Shown one piece after another: positions 22,890 through 31,651 of a DNA stretch of 31,651 nt. Made by a program: the position numbers and the translations under genes. The notes below the pieces were generated by a model. The model saw only the letters and a program-made list of their open reading frames with translations, did no database searches and was not told the origin of the DNA. Position 1 is the stretch's first letter, and each line of letters opens with the position of its first letter. The DNA comes from Cirrosporium novae-zelandiae (lineage: Eukaryota), in assembly GCA_026023565.1 (NCBI GenBank), contig JAPETS010000033.1:310001-341651 (forward strand), in the 5' to 3' direction.

Positions 22890-24483
22890 ATGAATTCCTC
22901 AAGCACATCCGATACTATCGAGGCGGAATGTCTTCAAAAGACAGACGACAACATCGAGAGTGGCCTAGAGCAAAAGGCTGCTGGTCCGGAAATCCCATCC
23001 GAGGAAGGTTTCAAGGGCTGGCTGTGTGCTGTAGGTTCCTTCATCGCCGTCTTTTGCACCTTTGGTTTCCTCAATGCGTTTGTTCCCCTAGCTGCCTCTC
23101 TTTCTGCATTGGCCGACATGATGTAGCATTGGTGTCTTCCAAACCTTCTACCAAGCAACGACACTCAGCGCGTACTCTCCTTCCGAAATATCATGGATTT
23201 TTGCCATACAGCTTGCTCTGATGTGGGTTCCTGGTCCTCTTTTTGGCCGTCTCATTGATACTTATGGTCCAGCACCCGTCTTATACCCTGCCAGCTTTCT
23301 ATGCGTCTTTTCGCTCTGCATGACGAGCCTGAGCACCAAATATTACCAAATATTCTTAGCCCAAGGTATTGGATTCGGAATTGGCGCTGGCGGTGCCTTT
23401 ACCGCCAGCGTCGTCTGCTGTGGGCAATGGTTCGTGAAACGTCGTGGGCTTGGCGTCGGCGTCGCCTGCGCTGGCAGTGGTCTTGGTAAGCATATCTTCT
23501 CCCGGATCTTGGAGTCTTGGTGGCTAATCATAGCCTGCGGGTCAAAGGCGGAGTTATTTTCCCAATCTTTTTTCAACGAGTCATGGACCAGGTTGGATTT
23601 TATGGTGCACTACGCTACACTGCACTGTTCGTCGGCATTCTCCTTGCGTCGTCGTGTTTTCTTGTCACAGCCCGCTTGCCACGCAGGAAGTGGAACCGTA
23701 ATGCCAAATGGATTGACTTCCGTCTCTTCAAGCAGAAGCAGATCGCTCTCTACGCTTTCGGCTCTTTCTTGGCCATGTTCGTAGTCCCTCCAAAAGTAAC
23801 ACATCGGTACTGATACTCTTGCAGGTGGGGAGTATGGGCACCATTTGACTATCTTCCAAGCATGGCGGTGAACATTGGTTTCTCGGAAACGATGGCACTC
23901 TACCTCATTTCTATCCTCAAGTATGCTCCTCTCATCTTTGTGCAAGTCTCGTTCAATTCACGGCCCGGCTGACTCTTCTTTAGCGCTTCGTCCGTATTCG
24001 GTCGTGTTTACCCTCCATATCTAGGGGATAGGGTTGGACATTTTAACGTCTTAACTGTTAGCGCGTTTCTAGCCGGCGCATCGATTCTCTGTCTCTGGTT
24101 GCCTTTTAGTTATCATCACTCCCATGCTGGCATCATCGTTTTCGCCTTGATTTATGGGTTTGTTAGTGGTTCCTACGTCTCCCTGTTGATGCCCTGTATT
24201 GCCAAGGCTGGCGATATCGAAACGATCGGACAGCGCTTTGGAACCTTTCAGACCATCGTTGGGCTTTCGTGAGTCACCATCCTCGTATCTCGCCTTCATT
24301 TGGCTAACGATTGATAGTTGTCTTACCGGACTCCCAATACTAGGTGCAATCCTGAATCGACAACACGACGTTGACTTTTCCGGCTTACAGATATTCGCCG
24401 CTGTGTCCATTCTCTTAGGAACAGCTATGTCTGGGGGAGCAAGATTCTTCGTAGCAAGACTAAACAAAACTTGGAGAGTTTAA
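22890..24483 (+). CDS. MFS transporter, monocarboxylate porter (MCH/MCT-like) family
   Basis: Six exons in one open frame: 22890-23077, 23127-23485, 23548-23776, 23825-23920, 23984-24268, 24318-24483. Motifs [80 protein letters not shown]. Confidence 0.92.
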
Positions 24484-24589
24484 TCCCATGCAGAAATTAT
24501 CGCAGACTGACAGCCCATTATTCAAAGGTCCTTTGTTTCCCATCTGTATTCATATTTTTGGGCGTTGAGGTATGAACTCGGAGTAGAGA

Positions 24590-24920
24590 AAGGAATAGAC
24601 CAGACCAAGGACACAGCCCCGTGCGGAGCGGCGAAAAGATTTTACACCCCAATTCACAAGCCTTATCTTATCTCCACGTGCCTTTATTTAATCTCCTATC
24701 TAATCTTAACAGCATCAAGAATATATAATTCTATCAGTATCCTAAGTATTTTATATATATTATATACCCTCGTGATAGGCCAAGTAGATCTTGGGCAATC
24801 AAGGTCTGGTCGGTCTGGTCAGACCGTCTATTTGGTCTGGTCAGACCGTCTATTTGGTCTGGTCAGACCGTCTATTTGGTCTAGTCTATTCCCTTTGCTA
24901 TATTTGATATTGACAAACTG
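24590..24920. mobile_element. Degenerate remnant related to the hAT MITE family, containing a 22-bp tandem repeat
   Basis: Unit GGTCTGGTCAGACCGTCTATTT x3 (24812-24877), followed by GGTCTAGTCTATT, which is identical to the MITE right subterminal sequence at 19638-19650. TATTGACAAACTG (24908-24920) resembles the MITE TIR. AAGGAATAGACCAGACCAA (24590-24608) is a 17/19 inverted match to 24876-24894. No TSD found. Confidence 0.65.
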
Positions 24921-24989
24921 ACCCTACCCTTCCTTCCAAGCCCTTTTTGCCTAAACCACCTTTTCTTTCAAAACTCTTTTCGGGGAGAA

Positions 24990-27087
24990 ATGACATCCAT
25001 ATTATCCTCACACACGGAATTTATTTTCAGGGACACGGTATGGCTGGGCGGGAAACATGGCGAGTGTTCTCTTTCGGAGTTTAAAGATTACCGCTGTAGC
25101 ATAGGGCGCCGTTCGGGGTCAGATGCATCTAGGGGTTATCGAGAGCGCGCTGCAGAACTTCAATGCTGGTTATGTTTCGGCTTACTAGAAGGAATCATCG
25201 AGACCAGAATACCGGAGAGTGCTCTTGTTCGGCTTGGCAGCGGTGGAGGGCCGGTGATAACAAGTGAAAATATTCCGAGGCTGCTTGGGCAGTGGAGAGA
25301 TAGGGTCCGTCAACTGGGCTCTGATGAATTGTGCCGACAGTGGTAAGGCCGAGTACAGAGGACATTTACCCAAGCTCGTAGCCTATTTATGATTGAAGCA
25401 CTTCATCCTCGGAATAGAGTGTTTTTGCGGGCTAGTCTTCCGCCAACAGAGGTGGAAGATATCTTTATCTAAATAGGATCGCTCTTCGAAGCGGTAGTTG
25501 CTTTTACAATGTCGCTCCCCGCCAGTTTGTCTCGTCAAGGGTTCTCTTGGTCTTTCTTGCTTGCTCCGCTTCAGCATTACAGGAAAGGAATGATTGCTAA
25601 AGGCTGGTGTTCATTTACCATCCAAATTATCTCGGAGAGCTGTTGTGTGTTGGGCTATGCGAGCATGCACGAACCTTATGCTAGAAAATTGGAATTGGCT
25701 GGGGAACATGAGAAATGCGGCATGGAAACGTGCATGAGAAATAGAATGGACACGGAAAATTATCTGCCGAAGCACATCGGGCCGGCATGCGGGTGCGAGT
25801 GGCATAAGCCCCCTTTGGAAGATGTTGTTTCTTTGTTGTCAAATGGTCAAATCCCGGTTCTTTTATATCACCCGCCGCACGACAGGTTGAGTTCGGATAA
25901 ATCATCCGGCACACCCTATGTAGCCATATCACACGTATGGGCGGATGGGCTTGGGAGCACAACGGAGAAGGGGTTACCTGCATGTCAGATAAAACGGCTT
26001 ACGACACTGACCTGCCAGTTAGTAACCAACGGAGCATTCTGGATTGATGCGCTTTGCATTCCGGAAACCCGTGAAATGAGAAAGAAGGCGATAGGATTGA
26101 TGGCGAGGACTTATAGAGATGCAACCGCGGTGCTTGTAATAGTTTCTGGCATCCGTTCGATACCATGCTCCGCACCACGCGAGGAGAAATTATTGCGAAT
26201 CATGTCGTCTGGTTGGATGCAGCGTCTCTGGACTCTTCAGGAAGGAATCTTGGCTCGTAAACTCATTTTCGAATTTTCTGATGGATTGTTGAGTTTGGAA
26301 GACCTGTTGCCGGTAAACGAAGAACATTTCAATGTTTTGCTGCTTTCACTCGCAAGCGAAATCTTTCGATTGAAGAAGCATCGAGATTCCCTGCTTAACG
26401 TTAGTGATGTTGCGCGATCTCTCCGCTGGCGATCTACCAGCAAACCAGAGGATGAGACTCTTGCAATCTCCGGGTTATTGAATATCAATGCCTCTGAACT
26501 GATAGATTATCCGCCGGAGCAGCGCATTCAAATGTTTCTCATTCGAATCCAGAGACTCCCTCGCGGTATCATCTTTCTGTCGGGCCTAAAAATGGAAGTA
26601 CCAGGTTTCCGATGGGCACCCAGAACGTTGATGAGAAGAGCTAGCTCTAGCTTAGGATTCGGCGACTCTCAGGCCTTGTGCACATCGACCGGCCCTCATT
26701 TCAGAGTATACGGTCTTGTATTTTGAAAAGAGATATATCGACGAGGAAGACTGGTGCATTCGCGACTTTTCAGGTGAAATCAATTACCAAATCACTGATC
26801 TCCACATAGGTAATGAGATGAATGAGTTCTCGTGCCCAGCTTCTTATCACTGCAATACCATACTATTGATGGAACGACCAAGACCTATGGAAACAACGGT
26901 TTGCGCTGCAGTGCTAGGGACAATTAAGGCGCAGAAGGAACCTGGCGACGCCTCAGACAGAATAATTTGTGAGTTCAAAAAGAGACTCATTATAAAAAAT
27001 ATAACGAAAAATGAAGTGAAAAAAATAAAAGGACGGAGGATAATAGAGAAGGCAAAATATGGACGATTATTAGTGAAGGTCGTATAA
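24990..27087 (+). pseudogene. HET (heterokaryon incompatibility) domain protein pseudogene
   Basis: HET motifs YVAISHVWADGLG, FWIDALCIP, IGLMARTYRDATAVLVI, WMQRLWTLQEGILA, RSTSKPEDE; N-terminal LQCWLCFGLL. ORFs 24990-25346 and 25509-26726 are in the same frame but separated by TAA at 25344-25346 and 25470-25472. An apparent +1 frameshift at the CCC of 26693-26695 restores TGLISEYTVLYFEKR..., running to the stop at 27087. Confidence 0.85.
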
Positions 27088-27322
27088 TCTATGATATCGT
27101 TGAATGAACCAAGTTACGATGGGAATAATGAGTGCATGAAGTAATGATAGAATTGATGCCTTGGAGATCTAGCCTAAATAGCCCCTAGCTTACCAAATAG
27201 TTAGTAAATTAGTGCCTATCCTTAGATCCGTAATAGCTTTAATTAGTAGAATTTTTTAGCACCGATGCAAATCATATAAGCCATATAAAACATGCATCGA
27301 AACCTTGTCTATCCCAACTTGT

Positions 27323-28503
27323 TTACAAGTCAAGGAACACCTGCCATAAAGCAATTAGCCTACCCATATCATATTAGAAGAAAATATTATATTATTGCTT
27401 ACCTCGACCTGTTCTGCAAACTGCTGAGGATCCTGAACTGGTGCGAAATGGCTCACATTAGTCAACGTTACCAGTCGACTACCCTTGACCATCCCATTCA
27501 AGATTTCTGCCTCGTCTAGATTGACGGCCTCATCGTATTGAGCCCCGGCAATGGTAACCTTGCTGCCCAATGTGATCTTAGCCAGGTCAGATGCCGTCCA
27601 AGTTGGCTGGGAATTTTCGAGTGTGGCAACAGCAATTCCAAATTTGGTAAAGTTTCCATCTGGTTGGAGCGTGGCATATTCAGTTTGACAGCGGGAAACA
27701 AAGGTGGAATACATGTCAGTAGATGGCCAGGAAGAATTTGTAGAGCTAGAGGCAGCAGAAGTTAGCTGGATATGCTACATTGAATATTCAAAATACTAAC
27801 CTGACGTCGTGGAAGCCGGCAAAAACAAAGGCTCGGTCAATGGTAGAAGCAATGGTAGTGTTCATAAGTGCGGCAAGGGCTTGAACAGTTAGTGTCTAGT
27901 CACTTGGGTTTAACCTGGAGTAGAAACGTACTCGTCGCTGCACCGTCAGACCATCCAACCCATGCTGCCTTGGTGATGCCCAGCTCGGAGAGGAGGTCGT
28001 GTGCTGTTGAACTTGGTCAGCAAAGAAAAACAACATGGTAGTAGTAACTTACTGTCAGATGCAAACATGTCAAAAGTAAACGGCACATCGTTCATTGTAC
28101 TTCGGCCCTATATTAATCAATACTATATCCTCCATCGGAAGGCCTAGCGTACGTGTCCTCGTCTGTCCACTGCGATAACTGTACGGTTTGGCATCAATAA
28201 CTTAATGACATCGCCAAAATACGCACTATATCCCAGGCCACCGTGAATGACTATTTGGTAATATGGTCAGAATAGCCAGAATGATACGACTGCCCTTAAC
28301 TTACAGACAACAGGAAGTTTATCGGATGAGCCAACAGTCCCGCCATAATTACCCCACCATAGTTTGACACCGTTAATGTCTACCTTCGCGTTGTCTACAC
28401 TGCCAGGAAGCGTCGGTGTAGCAGGGAGGGTCAACCACACAGGGGTTGCAGCCAAGGATTTTCCTGCAAAGAATATGGTTGCTAATAATACTAGAAAAAG
28501 CAT
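27323..28503 (-). CDS. Secreted alpha/beta-fold hydrolase (GWSDG nucleophile motif)
   Basis: Seven exons: 28503-28305, 28250-28153, 28107-28053, 28003-27932, 27879-27801, 27745-27403, 27340-27323. Signal peptide MLFLVLLATIFFAGKSLA; oxyanion-hole FIHGGLG; VDRRGHGRST; VGWSDGA (Ser); QYDEAV (Asp); VSHFAP (His). Confidence 0.9.
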
Positions 28504-29529
28504 CTTGGAGAGAATTAAAGGTATCGAGAAAGGAGTTGAGATGAGATTGAAAATAATTACGAAATGTTGAACTGGATTCCATATAAACAAACGTAGAAAG
28601 GACTTGAAGGTATAGCTATATATATTAAGGAAAATATAATTCGTAAGCACATCAACAGTTCATTCACCTACCATGTCTAATAGATTGGATCTGTCAGGAT
28701 TAACCTGTTCATAAAGTTTGTGAAGAATATTATTTATTATTCAGGTGGCCGAGATCGAAAAAGATCGGACGGGAGATCCCCAAGAGGAAAATGAGGGTCT
28801 TTTCCCCAAAACACCACTTTAAAAGGATCTCCAACATTCCGAGGATCCGAAATTCCAGGCACCCGAGAGAGACCAGTGTCTTTTTTAGGCTTGTACCTGA
28901 CAGGCAATATCTTGATATGGTCCTTTCACCTGGATAAGCATACTCAGTCTAAAGTTAATATCTCAGTCCCAAAACAAACTTCAGTCCGACAGCTTTCACC
29001 CTACTCCGATTCTGGTCAATCATCTTTCTTCATTGCCTAGTTCAACTAGGTCGTGGACTTGGCTTTCCACTATTCTCATGGAGCTACTATTTAACTCCCA
29101 TCTGAGATGCTCAACAAGGCAATCTCAAATGATCGATGGTAATCATAGACTTGAGTAAACAGCGAGCATAAAGTAGGGTGAAAGTAGACAGGTTCATCAC
29201 AAATATCAATTGCTTATATTCTGAGGTCTTGGCGCCAAGGATGAAGACTGGCTCTTATCCTGCTATTCTTCTAAATGAATAAATAAAATAAAGGTACAGT
29301 TCTTCGTTGCCTTTCTTCTTGTCTATAATGACCCTCCCCAAAAATGTTAGCTCACCCAGCTCCAACCCCAATCCAGTAACGCCAAAGCAAATGCTCTTCA
29401 CACAAGCCTCCTTGAACAAAAAAATTCATCCAGAATAACGATAACCAAGAACAAAGACTGTTTATCAAAAACGTACATCCACTCCAGAGTCTTATTCCTA
29501 TTTTTGCATGACCGAAGAATGCATTACCT

Positions 29530-31347
29530 TTAATCTTCCCTGTCATCGATCGTCTCGATATCAGATTCGTCCACCTCCTCTGCAAGCTCCCTACGCCGTT
29601 CCTCTTCCATTTCCCTATAGGTACTCCAGCTCAGCAATACGAAAGCGACTATAATAAGAAGGCCACCAGTAATGGCAGCGGCGGAAAGGGCTTTTCCGGT
29701 GAGAAGCCAGTCGACAATAGCAACTAGGAAAATAGTAAGGCTAGGTAAACGTTAGTTTTGTCAGACTTAAGAGGGTGGGACCTTACAGAGAAGCTACGGA
29801 AGAAAGAACCGGGGATGTGAGGGATATCAGGACAAGGAAAGATCCGGAAAAGGCTGTGGCTATTAGCAAGTCAAATCTTGATTCGTTGTGGCGATAACTT
29901 ACTAGCATTAGCGAGCACCGAAATAAGAAGCATCCAAGCAGCTTCGCCTCGAGGGAGGGCAAATGTCTCGAGTCCAGTCCAATGAAGGAGTGGAATCGGA
30001 ATCCACAAGACCGATAGAGTGAAGCAACCAATCAAACTTCCAAATGTGTTTGCAAAGATCATTCCTCTTCCAGGACTTGTGCCTTCGGGAGGACAAGCAA
30101 ATTTCTTATACAGCACCTCATATAGCCCATACAATACACTGCCGACACCGATGACGAGATTTCCAAGAGTACGGCTCTTGGCATCGACGTCCACGGGGTC
30201 GGGATTCCCGCCCACAGAACCACCCGACTTTCCCCCATGTTTTGTTGGCGCCGAATCGCCATATGCCACGATCAAAACTCCAACTATTGCTATGGCGACC
30301 GAAAAGATTTTATCAGGGCGCAGTTTATCGTGAAGCAGAGGAATGCTAAAGGCGTAGGCGAAGAATGCGGAACAATTGTAAATAGCCGTGAGATCGCTGG
30401 GAGACGTCAGGTCCACGGCAACGTACCACGATCCACCGGCGATTGTCAGCGCAGTGGTCACAAACGCCGTAGTCCTAAGCATGTATGGAATGGGAGATTC
30501 GTGTGATGCTTTGCCCGTAAGGTGTAATTCTCTTGACTTGACCATCTGCGCGGTGGTTTTGAGCAAGAACACATGCCGCCGCCAAAATGATTCCCAGCTT
30601 ATGTTCCGTTTCTGGATTCTAAGTATCAAGAGCTGCACAGGCCATAACAAGGACCATGATCCATGGGTCAAGTACCTAGATGAATTAGCTTGAGAAGATG
30701 ACAAGGTTTGGATGTTGCAAGTAGCCAAGCTACTGGATCGTAGGTCCATTAACATACAACATGCAATATGCTTTATTCCATTTGAGTTCGTGTTGAATGT
30801 ATACAGCGGTTTCGGTCTGTATGACAAAGCTGATGAGGCTGAGGACCAAGAAACACCCGGCATACATGTACTTCTTTCGCGTTGCTGCTCCGGCGTCATA
30901 ATCGGGACTTCGGCTTCGGAAAGTCGACCTTCGGGCGTGGAAAGCAGGGCGAATACTTCCATTGGAATCAGAATCCCTCGGTCTTCCTCTTTCATCTTTT
31001 GGAAGTAACTGTTGTGTGGAGTGCCCATCGGTGGGCCTATAAAGACCAGGTCTGTTCAAAGGCATGGCCTCGTCGATATCCAAGTCGCTATCGGAGTCTC
31101 GACCATCAGCTTGTGGGGGGTCGGAATCGCCTGTTTTTATAGGCAGTCCGTTCGTTCCAATAAGAGGAGACGAAGGAGAGTCGTCGTGTTGGACAGAAGG
31201 TCGCCGTGATGAAGGTATTGAAGGGGTTTGTGTTAAAAAATGGGTTTGATCTAAGGGTGAAATGTTGGCGGGTGAATTTGGGGATTGGACTGTAGATGTG
31301 GTTTTGGTGGAGCTTTCGTACTGAGGTGAATGACTATCTTTGGTCAT
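29530..31347 (-). CDS. EamA/DMT-superfamily (SLC35F-like) membrane transporter
   Basis: Exons 31347-30758, 30675-29903, 29853-29787, 29740-29530. Long Ser/Pro-rich N-terminus, then about 10 hydrophobic segments with SWYVAVDLTSPSDLTAIYNCSAFFAYAFS, LYGLYEVLYKK and LTSPVLSSVASLLTIFLVAIVDW; acidic C-terminal tail. Confidence 0.88.
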
Positions 31348-31651
31348 ACATGCGTTTTCAATAGAAAAGCTGCGATAACGCCGATTGAAGAGTGTCTCTG
31401 GGGGGGGGGGACTCGTGATTTCTAACCCGTGACGCTGATTGAGGCTAGAATGAAGAATGTAATTCTAATTTGGCAATATCAACAAGGTTTTTTTTTTTGT
31501 TGGACAAGATAAGAAGAAAAGATATTTGTAGGGGCAGGGTATTTAAAGGATTTGAAAGTATTGGTTGATTTGAGGTACCACAAATACTTGGTACGAGACC
31601 TTTGGATGTTGTTTTTCTGATGGATGTTGGGGGGGGGGGGGGGGGGTCAAT

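Noticed and set aside
24812..24877. CRISPR-like palindromic repeats
   Set aside because: Units are head-to-tail with no spacers, the genome is eukaryotic, and the sequence matches the local MITE subterminal repeats.

Overview
Eukaryotic DNA from a filamentous ascomycete: short GT-AG introns with CTAAC/CTGAC-type branch sites, plus Zn2Cys6 and HET-domain genes. I rebuilt 11 spliced gene models by hand. Left block (1-13.5 kb): 3' end of an asparagine synthetase B-like gene, two divergently transcribed 2-oxoglutarate/Fe(II) dioxygenases, a Dal5/allantoate-permease-family MFS transporter, and an amidase-signature enzyme whose signal-peptide coding region carries an in-frame stop. This is a candidate small-molecule biosynthetic or catabolic cluster whose left end lies outside the window. 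Middle: a CoA-transferase family III gene and about 2.2 kb of low-complexity DNA. Right block (19.5-28.5 kb) is decaying: a 115-bp hAT-type MITE with a perfect 8-bp target-site duplication, a Zn2Cys6 transcription-factor pseudogene divergent from an intact monocarboxylate-type MFS, a second MITE-related remnant with 22-bp tandem repeats, a HET-domain pseudogene, and a secreted alpha/beta hydrolase. An EamA/DMT transporter ends the window. The shared dioxygenase promoter holds an unexplained degenerate ~127-bp tandem array. All family calls come from recognising motifs by eye; no database searches were run.
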